DNA of 48,211 nucleotides from Octopus bimaculoides (GCF_001194135.2 NC_068995.1:22889596-22937806), one strand, 5' to 3'. Positions 24,763 to 36,108 are shown, numbered from the stretch's first letter. Made by a program: numbers and translations. Notes: generated by a model not told the origin, from the sequence alone.

Positions 24763-24808
24763 GACACCAGATGAAAGATGGAGGGTATATCAGCCGAAAC
24801 GTTGTGTT
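24763..24808 (+). ncRNA. Hammerhead-ribozyme-like motif, minimal type I (copy B, U4 to A)
   Basis: GACAC CAGATGA AAGATGG agggtata TCAGCC GAAAC GT T GTGTT; stem I GACAC/GTGTT, loopless palindromic stem III AC/GT, GUU triplet. Confidence 0.65.
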
Positions 24809-26137
24809 ATCTCTTAAATATAGAACTGTAAAAGGTATGTGTTAAAGCTGTCGGCAGAGCAAGGTATCGAAAGCGCGTTAGATTCTTGAAGGGCAACATG
24901 TTCAAAATAACCCAAAACATTTCTAATGAAAATCCCAGTTACATTAAAGTCTGTCGTTTCAAAAGAAGTGCAGGATATTTGGAATAAAATTTGGGCAGAA
25001 GAAAAAACACACCTTGAAAAGGCCCCTTGGGTTGATAGAATATCTACAGGCTTAGACTCCTTAGAAGAGCAAAAGCGAAAGTGTAACAATGTAGAGGATA
25101 TAAGATCTGCTCTCAGGAGGTCAAGCAAATGGAATTCTCCAGGAAAGGATACAATTCCTAACGTCTGGCTGAATCACTTTCCAGTAAGCCATGAATTTCT
25201 AACAGAAATTTACAACAATGTTTTGCAACAACCTAGTATGATTCCCTCTTGGCTAGTTATTGGTGTAACATTCCTAATTCCTTCCTTCCAAAAAATGAAG
25301 AAACAAATGAAAAACTTTATAGACCCATAACCTGCTTAACAACAACGTATAAAACACTAACATCTGTCTTGACTGAATATACGTATATTTTTTTCTATAG
25401 AAAGTGGCATATTCTATAATGAACAAAAAAGATGTAAGCGTGGTTGTAAAGGTCAGCTACACATCAATAAGAGGATCTTGGAAGATTGTCACAGACGACA
25501 CAAACATTTGTTAATAGCCTGGATAGATTATAAAAAAGCTTTTGATTGTCTACCACATTAAGAAATGTCTGGAAACGTATAAAATAGCACCTATTCTGCC
25601 AAACGTCTCTGTAAGTATGAGATCATGGAGAACCACACTGATTTTGAACATTGACATTGAATCTCTAAATGCCGGAGATGTAAGAATTTCAAGCGGCATT
25701 TTCCAGGGTGACTCTCTAATTACCACTCTTCTTTTGTCTAGCTTTAATACCTCTCTCGAAATTGCACGATGATGTACAATACGTCTATAACATGTTTGGT
25801 AAAAAATATAAATCATCTCAACTTCATAGATGATTTAAAGCTCTTTGGAAAAATGACCATCAACTACAGGCTTTCTAGCGATTGTTAAGCAATTCAGTGT
25901 TGACATCAGGATGCAATTTGGCCTCGATAAATGTGCAAATGCTACCTTTATCAAAGGAAAAATAATATAAACATCCAATGTTAATATTGACCAGCAGAAT
26001 GTCATAAAGGAGTTAGAACCATCGGAGAGCTACAAATACCTAGGGGCATTCGAAGGAGATGGAATCAAACATTCAGTGATGAGGGAAAGGATCAGAAGAG
26101 AATGTTATCGCAGGTAAGTGCAATACTCAAGACAGAG

Positions 26138-26665
26138 CCGCCCCTCTAAATAAAAGTAGAGGAACATCGCAAATCTGTGACACGAGGAGATATTGATAAA
26201 TCGGGTATAGCTGATCATGTATGTGTAAATAGAGACCACCTTCCCCTGTGGGATGAAGTTAAAATAATAGACAGAGATCACCACTGGAAAATACGAAAAC
26301 TAAAAGAAGCAGCACATATGCTAGGACACAGCAACCTCCTAAGCAGACCGAGTGCAGATATGAAGAGCATATAGGAACCGGTATTAAGAAAGGATAGGAA
26401 AATGTTAGATTTATAAGCCCTGAAATTCACTCCGTAAATTCCCCCCACCCCCATCCCACCTCTCAGGCATATGGATACTAACCTCAAGATTCCGAGTTCG
26501 ATTCCAGGCAGTGACCTGAATGATAATAACCTAAGGAATGAAAACCCAGGTTCGAAATTTTCCCAAGTCACTTGATGAAGGCTGGAGGCTATATCTGCTG
26601 AAACGTTGAAACAAGATGAGGACAAATATCCATCAAAGTGAATAATGTAAATAATGTAATAAATA
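26138..26665 (+). mobile_element. Penelope-like element 3' fragment: C-terminal half of GIY-YIG endonuclease plus pLTR
   Basis: KVEEHRKSVTRGDIDKSGIADHV...LWDEVKIIDRDHHWKIRKLKEAAHM fits the PLE GIY-YIG C-terminal pattern (R..EH, S.IA.H, LKEA.H); followed by the same pLTR as 24549-24810. Confidence 0.85.
26567..26608 (+). ncRNA. Hammerhead-ribozyme-like motif (copy C, C3 to U)
   Basis: GTCAC TTGATGA AGGCTGG aggctata TCTGCT GAAAC GTT G; degraded relative to copies A and B. Confidence 0.55.
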
Positions 26666-26712
26666 CAGATTATAAAATTCAGAAAAAATATATATATATA
26701 AAGATTAGGAGA

Positions 26713-26808
26713 GCAGTTTCTCCGGAGTGCAGTTTGTCTGAAAAGCAGTTTATCTGGAAAGCAGTTTATCTGGGAAGCAGTTTATCAGGAGAGCAGTTTC
26801 AACGAGCT
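26713..26808. repeat. Six imperfect 16-bp tandem units (GCAGTTTATCTGGAAA-like)
   Basis: GCAGTTT recurs at 26713, 26729, 26745, 26761, 26777 and 26793. Confidence 0.9.
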
Positions 26809-28619
26809 AAAACGTACCGTAACAACTATAATTTACTAGCGATATATGTTTGATACGTTAGGTAGAAGTTATTTCAGCAAGTTCGGTTATTCTTTTCTAG
26901 AAATAATAGGCAAATGCGAATTGTTTAATCCTTCTTACAAATATAAAGTTTAAAGAGAGAGAGAGAGAACAGTTGGAAACGTTGAGATAGTGGAGTAGTT
27001 AAAAGACAAGGTAGGAGGAAGAATAACAACTCCATGTTGGAAAAACAGAGAAAGAAAGCAAAATTAAAAGGCTATTAAGGACAGGAAATCCTCGCTTGAA
27101 AGATGAGTATTAAAAACAGTCACCTTCGTTGTATTGCTAAATAAAGTAAAAGTAGTATGATGAATTGAATTTAAATGTGGTTTTAAATCAACTCCTGTAG
27201 TATAAGAATGAAGAGTAAGATGTGTCATATTTGCATCATCGCGATTACAGGTGTTCATGGCGCTAATACCAAATACCATTTTACTTCATTTCTAAACAGC
27301 ATTCAATACCAGAATAGATCCCATAGCCTGATTCTTGCAAACATCCTGCACCACAGCGAAGTGTCCCTAACGCATGACGCGTTTCTCGGTTTCTTTGAGA
27401 GCTAATACTTGTAAATTACATTATATGTAATCTTATCGTTTCACTTAAGAATAACTATTGATGAAGTTCTCGTTTTTTCGAAATTTATACCATAATTTAT
27501 GAGTATATTATTCTGAAGCAAATAATAACTGAAATACTCTGTGGAAGCGCGGATATTGCATTTATAAATGCTTTTGTATGTCATTGATAAAAGAATATAA
27601 AGTCATGTATATCTGTATGAGTTTGGTTTTGTGTATGTATATTTGTATGTGTTTGTTTTGTGTCTGTGTTTGTTTTCCCAAAATGTCAAGATTAATGAAA
27701 ATACGGCATCATTATTGACAGTAATGTTTCTTGAAACAACTCTATGTTCAACTATTCGCTTCCGAATGACTATATAAAATATTACCATCCTTGAAAATAA
27801 GTGATGATTGGCCATAGGCAGAACGGCTGGCTATAGAAATCTTAGCGAGATCCATTTAGCTACTCCAGTATATATAACTATACATAAATAATCACGCACA
27901 TATACACACATTATTTAACAACACTTTGACTCACTTCCATGCAAGTTAAAGTACCCAGTAATTCTCGGGAAAGTAATTCTCGCTAATCCAATAACAACAA
28001 TACAAAGTATGTAGCGCTTAAAACAGTTTTTCTGCATTTAGAGAGAGTACCGAAATGTCTTACGCAAGATCTTGTTTTTAGGAATTCCCAATAAATTATG
28101 AATACTCAGATTGTGAAGTCAGTTATGTAATAACATAAAATTAGTTACCGTTAGTCATAATTCAAATAAAGTGGCCCCGAAAAGGGCTTTAATGCGTTCC
28201 CAGAGTATATAGAACATAGGAGGAAATACTAATAAGGTATGTATATTAAAATCGTAAGGCATGTTACGTAATAACAGGTTAATCAGTTATGATATGATAA
28301 CAATTCAAAGTAAATAACTCTGAATAGGGCTTTTGTGCGTTCCCAGAGAATATTACCCGCAGCGGCGCTAGAGTTGGTGCATTCGTGAATAAGTCAATAA
28401 CCGAAATAATTGGATCAGTTGTTTAAGAAAATACTATTTACTTGTTTAAAGATTGTATTGGATAAATTGCGAAAATAACTCTCATATTTTTAATACTAAA
28501 AAATAATCATACTCAATTTCATTTATAGCAAATGATTTAGGAAAATATATGGATTATTTCCCCTGACTGTTAAAATCTGAGCGAATGGGATATTTCCCTT
28601 GGCTATTAAAATTAAATAT

Positions 28620-28812
28620 ATTAGATATATATAAGCATCCGTTACAGGGGCCCTATTATCGCTTTTTTCAACAATCTGAGTATACCATGAAGTTTTCAGA
28701 CATGCGTTCTACACACGTGTCAAGTTTCTTGAAAATCGATAAAATGATGTAAGAGGAGTTAGCTAACAACACAAACACCCACAGACAGAATTTTCCGCAT
28801 ATGTAGTAGATA
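28620..28812 (-). mobile_element. Possible non-autonomous Helitron/Helentron-like fragment
   Basis: Reverse complement begins TCTACTACATATGCGGAAAATTCTGTCTGT, contains AACTCCTC..ATCGATTTTCAAGAAACTTGACAC (DINE/HINE-like core, recalled) and ends with a GC-rich patch then TCTAAT. Confidence 0.45.
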
Positions 28813-28859
28813 CACACATATACATATATATGTATGTATATGCATGTATATGTGGGAGA

Positions 28860-29045
28860 ATATACGAAAAAACAACAACAGACGAGGACAGCTGGTGTAA
28901 ATAACAAAAGGATGTATTAGTATGACGCTCGGAAATACGGAAAGTCTTTGACGTTTCGAGCTACGCTCTTCAACAGAAAGAATACGGAGACAAGGAGAAA
29001 AACACGGAGAAAAAAAAATTGAATAGTGTTCAGTCAACGGTCAAT
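28860..29045 (-). mobile_element. PLE-type terminal repeat (second family) carrying a hammerhead-like motif
   Basis: Embedded between microsatellites; contains the motif at 28945-28981; no ORF present. Confidence 0.55.
28945..28981 (-). ncRNA. Minimal type I hammerhead-like motif with A6U core variant and GUC triplet
   Basis: Reverse complement: TCTTT CTGTTGA AGAGC gta GCTC GAAAC GT C AAAGA; stems I, II and palindromic III all pair. Confidence 0.7.
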
Positions 29046-29134
29046 CATAATAATGTATGTATATATACATACATATGAATGTATGTGTTTCAAAATATTT
29101 ATGTACATACACACACACACACACACAGAGACAC

Positions 29135-29181
<47 letters not shown>

Positions 29182-29232
29182 NNNNNNNNNNNNNNNNNNN
29201 NNNNNNNNNNNNNNNNNNNNNNNNNNNNNNNN

Positions 29233-29265
<33 letters not shown>

Positions 29266-32200
29266 ATGTATGTATAAGTAAAGAATGGGTGAGAGCAAGA
29301 GATTAGGAATATTATGAGTGAAAGATGTCTGTTAAGGCAAACGTCTAATTATAAATCTGTGTATGTGGGCGTTTTTATGGTTACGCATCTGCATGCACAT
29401 ATAAGTGACACTGTGCATGTTTGGCTTTTATTTTATCATCTGTTGTGTGCTCCCGTGTGTATAAACGTGTTCATTCACGTGTAAAAATTTTGTTTTTAAA
29501 CAGAAAACAATTTGAATAAAAGAAAGAATTACACTTAAACATGTTCTAAAGATATATCAAATATCGATAGTAACTTTCCCTATGAAGACAGATAGCATGG
29601 GAGAACCATTTCAGTTGAGATTAGATTCATTAAACCAGCCATCACTTTAAACCTTATAAAATCCTAATGCTATTGACTGCAAGTCAAACATGCGCTCTTT
29701 GGTAAGATGTAATCCAATATTTCTTAATACTCACAAAGCCATCCACATTTATGATCTCTTCTGCTGCTTATCTCTGTTTTCAAATCTTTTTCATGATAAT
29801 TAAATTGAATTTCATACATCGTCAATATCTTAATCTACTGATTACATGTCTTTGGAGAATATTCTGCATTTGGTATTTAAATTTCCTCAGAGAAACAATA
29901 ATTCTTTATCCAAGAGATAGTAATAAAATTACAGAATCAAATAGGACAGAAACCAGAGCATCCATGTTTTTTCAAATCTCGTAAATCAGGTGATAAATTT
30001 TAAACTATTATGGATTATAAAATAACGATTGTTTTTGTTCACAGTAAAGACATTTGTGAAACTGGAAGAAATGTAATTTTACCAAACTATATACATATAT
30101 TTCTATTTTGATACATTTCATGATTTACAAAACAAAATCTAGGTAAACGCAATTTTAGGAAAGTATATAGAGAGAAAACACTAAAAGAAACAAGATGTTT
30201 AATAAAACCATGTAGTATTTCAGTAATTTGACCTTAACTGAAAACTAATTTACTGTAGCACTAAATTAAAAATGATTGATAAGTATGATAATACTTTTCC
30301 TATACTCATAGGCAACTAGGCAACCTGCACATGCCGCAAATATGAGTAACGATTTCATTTATTGTATATACTTATGATAAATTATACTTAAAAACAAACA
30401 TAAATTGAAATGCTGCCTCGACTCACTTAAGTAGAGTCTGAGTTGGATTTATACAAAGAAATAATTGAAAGACAAAGTCAGCCATACAGTTGTAGGCATA
30501 GGGACGAATTTTAAAACTACTAATTTTAAAGATTGTTTTAAAAATCTCATAGCTATCATTAGTAAAAGGATATTCGATCTCTCTTCTAAAGAAATTAATG
30601 ATAAATCAATTCCCTACTATAAAAATGTCCAAGCTAACAGTAGCTGAAAAGTGACTTTAAAGTCAAAATATATTACAACTAATAGAGTAAAAATATAAAT
30701 CAAATGTATAAATCTATATTTAGGTACAGGAATCTAATTTGGTTCGTTCCTCCTTCTCCCTAGTGTTAAAAGTACGCAAGAAATTTCTGTGTTAGTTTTT
30801 TTTTTTTGTTTGTTTTGTTACGCATTTCCAAGAAAATCACAAGTACGGGATGAAATTTAACAGACGCTGAATTAAGTTGTCATTGTGTTACTGTCCCAAT
30901 ATTAAGAAAATCAACACACGTAAACATTACTAAGAGCCGTAAGGTCTTGAGTTCAATTATATATATATACATANNNNNNNNNNNNNNNNNNNNNNNNNNN
31001 NNNNNNNNNNNNNNNNNNNNNNNNNNNNNNNNNNNNNNNNNNNNNNNNNNNNNNNNNNNNNNNNNNNNNNNNNNNNNNNNNNNNNNNNNNNNNNNNNNNN
31101 NNNNNNNNNNNNNNNNNNNNNNNNNNNNNNNNNNNNNNNNNNNNNNNNNNNNNNNNNNNNNNNNNNNNNNNNNNNNNNNNNNNNNNNNNNNNNNNNNNNN
31201 NNNNNNNNNNNNNNNNNNNNNNNNNNNNNNNNNNNNNNNNNNNNNNNNNNNNNNNNNNNNNNNNNNNNNNNNNNNNNNNNNNNNNNNNNNNNNNNNNNNN
31301 NNNNNNNNNNNNNNNNNNNNNNNNNNNNNNNNNNNNNNNNNNNNNNNNNNNNNNNNNNNNNNNNNNNNNNNNNNNNNNNNNNNNNNNNNNNNNNNNNNNN
31401 NNNNNNNNNNNNNNNNNNNNNNNNNNNNNNNNNNNNNNNNNNNNNNNNNNNNNNNNNNNNNNNNNNNNNNNNNNNNNNNNNNNNNNNNNNNNNNNNNNNN
31501 NNNNNNNNNNNNNATAGTATTTAACTTCGTTCATGTATATTATCTAATTTGCGTATTTTAGTTTTAATTTATTAGACTTTAAAATTATATAGATTTTAAA
31601 AGTTCTAGTAAATGTTTATAATACAGTTAATTTTTTATTATGATTAAAGCTACAATGCAATTTGATTTTATAAATAAAACTTAAATACTTGTTTATATAT
31701 ATATGTTTATTCTATTACTTTTCTTCACGACATATTTTCACGTGACTTAATTCTAATAAACGCTAAGTTAAAAGTATAACGTTTAAACTTTTAGTTTAAA
31801 CTAAAGCTTCGATAAGATAAGTATTGCATTTATTTTCAGTAATATTGTTAATTTTTTTTCTTTTATTTATTGGTAAAATAAGTATTTTTATATAAATTCA
31901 TTTGATATTTATTGTTAGTCGATATACATAAAATTCATTATTGTATTTTGACCTCAAGATTAGCTATATTTTTTAATAGAATAGATTTTCGATCGATTTA
32001 TTTTGAATCGATTTGATTTTTATTTTAGTTTCTATTTGAAATATCGTTACAAAACACGTATAGTTATTTTATTATTTTGATATTTATTACTTCGTACATT
32101 TTTGATTTTTATTATAGGTCTTTTTAGTGTATTTACACGGATTTTCATGGATGAATTCAATAATTGTGTTTCTTTTCTCTAAATTATCTATTTATATATT

Positions 32201-32327
32201 ATATATTGTGAAATTTAATTTAATTTTAAGTTTGATAAATTAAATTGAATTCTTCCATGTAAATTTGGATTTTTATCCCTAATATTGTTATCATAATTAT
32301 ACAATTATATATATATATATATATATA

Positions 32328-32380
32328 TCACGGTGGTGCACCAGCATGACCGCAGCCACTTGGCTGAAACACATAAATAA
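32328..32380 (+). mobile_element. SINE 3' tail fragment
   Basis: CGGTGGTGCACCAGCATGACCGCAG...GGCTGAAACA followed by (TAAA)n. Confidence 0.7.
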
Positions 32381-32413
32381 ATAAATATATATATATATAT
32401 ACGTATACATATA

Positions 32414-32552
32414 CAGGGTGCAGTGAATAAACTGTCGTCTAAATTACGCAAAAATGTAAATGACAATACGATATCATTTCCACAGGTGTATTCACCAAAA
32501 TTACATAAGGATATCTTGAAATACTAAGGAATAACTTTATTCAATAAAACGT
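32414..32552 (-). mobile_element. Possible Tc1/mariner (maT-like) 3' end with TIR
   Basis: TA|CAGGGTG terminus; reverse complement has TTT ATT GAA TAA (FIE*), like the FIQ* end at 37100. Confidence 0.45.
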
Positions 32553-33097
32553 TAAAATGCGCTATACGGAGAGCAGTATACTTTTTATTGTCTGCGTTAT
32601 TCATAGTTTTACTGACGGGGAATAAAATAGAAATCTCTCTTTTTTTCCTTAATTATCATTTCAAAAAAGCAAGCCTTACTACATCAAAAACAAAAGATTC
32701 AGTCCTATTCTAGCTGCTTATTATAGAAGCTTTTATAATACAAGGCTAGAAAAGAGAATTAAAATATTTCGATTCTATTCCCAAAATTAAGCAAACTTCT
32801 CAGAATTATGATAACCTTCTTTTGAAGGAACGTTTTAAAAAACGTTGTACTCAGTTTTAGTTTTTACGACATTTTACGAACAAGTTTGTAGAATCTATTA
32901 TTGTGCGTTGTTAATAAACATGTTTTCTTCACATGTATTGAATATTTATATAACATTCATTATTGGCAATAAGTTTCTTTTTATCCATTTATACATACCC
33001 TCTCCTTCAATGTTCATTCATGTGTTTATTACTGTTACTCCGCCATCCATCAGTTACTACCGACTACACACACACATGCACACACACACACACACAT

Positions 33098-33129
<32 letters not shown>

Positions 33130-33309
33130 GTGTGTGTGTGTGTGTACTCATATATAAAATAAAAAATAGACATATATATATGAGTGAGTGGTGAATAGTT
33201 CCTGGCTTTAAGAGTATCGCGAAAGGGTAGATATGCTACCTTTACATGTGACGCAGAGAAACGATTTAAGACAAAATCATAATACCAAAAGATCATAATG
33301 GTGTACAAT

Positions 33310-33795
33310 ATACATTTTTCTTTCTTACGCATGAACAGTCGTGTAGCTCTTTCTACAAGGCAAAGGAACAGCGGAAATCACCGGGGAGATGAAAGAAGTC
33401 CTGAAGGATGGCTGCCCAACATATTGCACAATGCAAATCTGGGTGTCAAGATTTCAGACTGGTAATTTTGAGATCGAAGATGAAGCCCGGTCAGCACGGC
33501 TAACTTCCGCACGTTATGGTTCTCCGACGTATTTCAAACTGAGTCATAGTTGAGACTCTGAGGATTTCTCACGAAAGTGCTGGCTACATCATCTGCAACA
33601 TTCTGCAAAATGGGCGCCGATGTGACTGAATTGCAGATCAGAAGCGGTTTTTTAGTAGAAGAAGCTGATTTTATGACTCGTTGATTCATCATGGATGAAA
33701 CGTGGTTTCATCATTAGGATCCCCAGACCAAACAACATTCAATAGAATAACACCACAGCGGTTCACCACGTCCCAAGATGTTTAGTACTCAGTAG
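33310..33795 (+). mobile_element. Mariner transposase fragment (HTH and first catalytic D)
   Basis: LFLQGKGTAEITGEMKEVL...WVSRFQTGNFEIEDEARSAR and MDETWFHH*DPQTKQHSIE*HHSGSPRPK; stops and deletions. Confidence 0.85.
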
Positions 33796-33954
33796 TCAGC
33801 TGTTCAATTCATCACTCATTTCACACACACATCATGCACAATCCCACACCCACACAAGTACATAAAACACTTTGCTTATTTTTTGAGCCTCAAACTAATA
33901 CACCTGCCTGTTGTTCTACACCTGTCTTCGTCCTTATTTTTCTATAAATTTGAC

Positions 33955-34240
33955 CTATGTATATGTTGAGATCTTCTTCGGTGAAGACTGACCATGGAAT
34001 TGAACCTACAAAGTTACCCTCCCAGATACAAATCCGGGCAAGGTTGTTTATGGAAGACCATCAGTCGCCCATGCATACCGGCCTCCCCACGCCAGCAGTG
34101 TTATCGAAGGGAAAGGCAAAGGTCGATAGAGATGAGTGAAATAAAGTGTCTTGCTCGAGAACACGCAGCCCGGTCCGGGATTCGAACTCACACCCACACG
34201 ATCGTAAGCTCGACGCTCTAACCACTGAGCCATGCGCCTT
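33955..34240 (-). mobile_element. tRNA-derived SINE, near full length
   Basis: Reverse complement head GAAGGCGCATGGCTCAGTGGTTAGAGCGTCGAGCTTACG...GAGTTCGAATCCCGG; homologous to 1945-2212. Confidence 0.92.
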
Positions 34241-34242
34241 CA

Positions 34243-34277
<35 letters not shown>

Positions 34278-34974
34278 CGTGTGTGTGTGCGTGTGCGTGT
34301 GTGTGTGTGCGTGTGCGTGTGTGTGTGCGTCTGTGTGTGTGTTTGTATTTTTATTCTCTTATTTGTTTCAGTCATTTCACTGCAGCCATATATATAATTT
34401 CCTTTACTTCTAATCCATTCAGTATTATATGTCTGTGTATATTCCTCTATTCCTCTCAGAGTATTTCTATTAATTGCTTTCTATTTTAAAATTTTTATTC
34501 TTCTCCCATGCATTCCGAAGTTCATCATGGATGCGTAAGCACTGAATATATGAAAACTTTAAACATATGAAACATGTGTCGAATCATATAGTGTGCAATT
34601 CAATTTTCACGAAGCAAATGCGCTAGAGACTGATTTACTCGGTTCGTTTTCCACTGAGGTAATGGACTATATGAAGAAAACAGAAAAACAGCATTAGTAA
34701 TATAGAGTACATACAATGGCAGAATTATCGATTTATTCCCAATGACTTTGATGTTACGTTATGTAGGTGAGAGATCCATTGTATATCTGTATCAATTTAC
34801 CAATATACTATCTATACATATCTCTATCACATTGATTCTTTTTATATCTATTTATATAAATATATTGCCATAACGATAGATAATTGAACACATAAACAAT
34901 GTACTTGACATGCTTATACTATATTTAATAATAACACACATTTTTGAATACCACATATTTTCTCTTTTGTCTCC

Positions 34975-35170
34975 GACTTGTTTCAGTCATCTGACTGCAG
35001 CCATGCTGGTAACCGGCTTGAAGAATGTTAGCCGAATGATTCAACACCAGTACACATTGTTTTTAAGCCTGGTACTATATCATTCTCCTGTGCCGGGTCA
35101 CTAAAATATGGGGACGCAAACAAAGCAATAGTGACAGTCATGAGGTGATGGACGACAAACACACACATAC
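34975..35170 (-). mobile_element. SINE 3' half (family of 47640-47830)
   Basis: TGTTTCAGTCATCTGACTGCAGCCATGCTGG tail; reverse complement of 35090-35165 resembles GTGTTTGTCCCCCAACATCGC... Confidence 0.75.
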
Positions 35171-36004
35171 AAACACGCCTGCTCGCAGACACTCGGACCC
35201 AAATATATATGTACATACATTTGCGTATGTATATATNNNNNNNNNNNNNNNNNNNNNNNNNNNNNNNNNNNNNNNNNNNNNNNNNNNNNNNNNNNNNNNN
35301 NNNNNNNNNNNNNNNNNNNNNNNNNNNNNNNNNNNNNNNNNNNNNNNNNNNNNNNNNNNNNNNNNNNNNNNNNNNNNNNNNNNNNNNNNNNNNNNNNNNN
35401 NNNNNNNNNNNNNNNNNNNNNNNNNNNNNNNNNNNNNNNNNNNNNNNNNNNNNNNNNNNNNNNNNNNNNNNNNNNNNNNNNNNNNNNNNNNNNNNNNNNN
35501 NNNNNNNNNNNNNNNNNNNNNNNNNNNNNNNNNNNNNNNNNNNNNNNNNNNNNNNNNNNNNNNNNNNNNNNNNNNNNNNNNNNNNNNNNNNNNNNNNNNN
35601 NNNNNNNNNNNNNNNNNNNNNNNNNNNNNNNNNNNNNNNNNNNNNNNNNNNNNNNNNNNNNNNNNNNNNNNNNNNNNNNNNNNNNNNNNNNNNNNNNNNN
35701 NNNNNNNNNNNNNNNNNNNNNNNNNNNNNNNNNNNNNNNNNNNNNNNNNNNNNNNNNNNNNNNNNNNNNNNNNNNNNNNNNNNNNNNNNNNNNNNNNNNN
35801 NNNNNNATATATATATATAAATAATTATCAAAGTATAGGCTATGCACCTAGTAGTTAACCAGGGCAGTACTTTCACTGCGTATGGTCACCTGACATCATC
35901 CATGGTATTGGCAAAATTGTCGCTGGATCTACCTCAGAAATTCCTTAGTGCTCGTTGAGTATATAACAAATGAGACGAAAAAGGGAATATGAGTAAGTTT
36001 ATTG

Positions 36005-36108
36005 TTCACAACGATCGTTTCGACCTAACTTGCATCAATCCGTCCACTTATACTGTGCGACTGGTTGAAGTATATCCCTTGGTGCAGAAGCGTCTTGTCA
36101 GGCATCTC
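36005..36108 (-). ncRNA. Hammerhead-like motif with long stem II (G8 to A)
   Basis: Reverse complement: ATGC CTGACAA GAC...(73-nt stem II region)...GTC GAAAC GATC GT T GTG; stem II closed by GAC/GTC, palindromic stem III AC-GATC-GT. Confidence 0.5.

Larger units (their letters stand above)
24295..24829. mobile_element. Head-to-head pair of Penelope-like 3' terminal (pLTR) units, minus 24295-24548 and plus 24549-24829, with 12-bp TSD
   Basis: Both units contain GTTCGATTCCAGGCAGTGAC-(AAT)n-GAATGAGAA..CAGGT.CGAAATTTCCCCA.GACAC and a hammerhead-like motif; 24490-24548 is the reverse complement of 26366-26428; flanked by AAAAGGTTTGTG (24283-24294) and AAAAGGTATGTG (24830-24841). Confidence 0.85.
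23770..26137 (+). mobile_element. Second decayed R4/Dong-clade LINE, interrupted by a PLE insertion at 24295-24829 and truncated at 26137
   Basis: 24058-24170 aligns with the reverse complement of 6120-6240; [61 protein letters not shown]; homologous to the 3240-6890 copy. Confidence 0.92.

Noticed and set aside
24528-24774. Poly-Leu/Ile/Asn ORFs
   Set aside because: Translations of the (AAT)n tract.
31514-32300. Extremely AT-rich block as a mitochondrial insertion
   Set aside because: No mitochondrial gene, tRNA or rRNA motif recognised.
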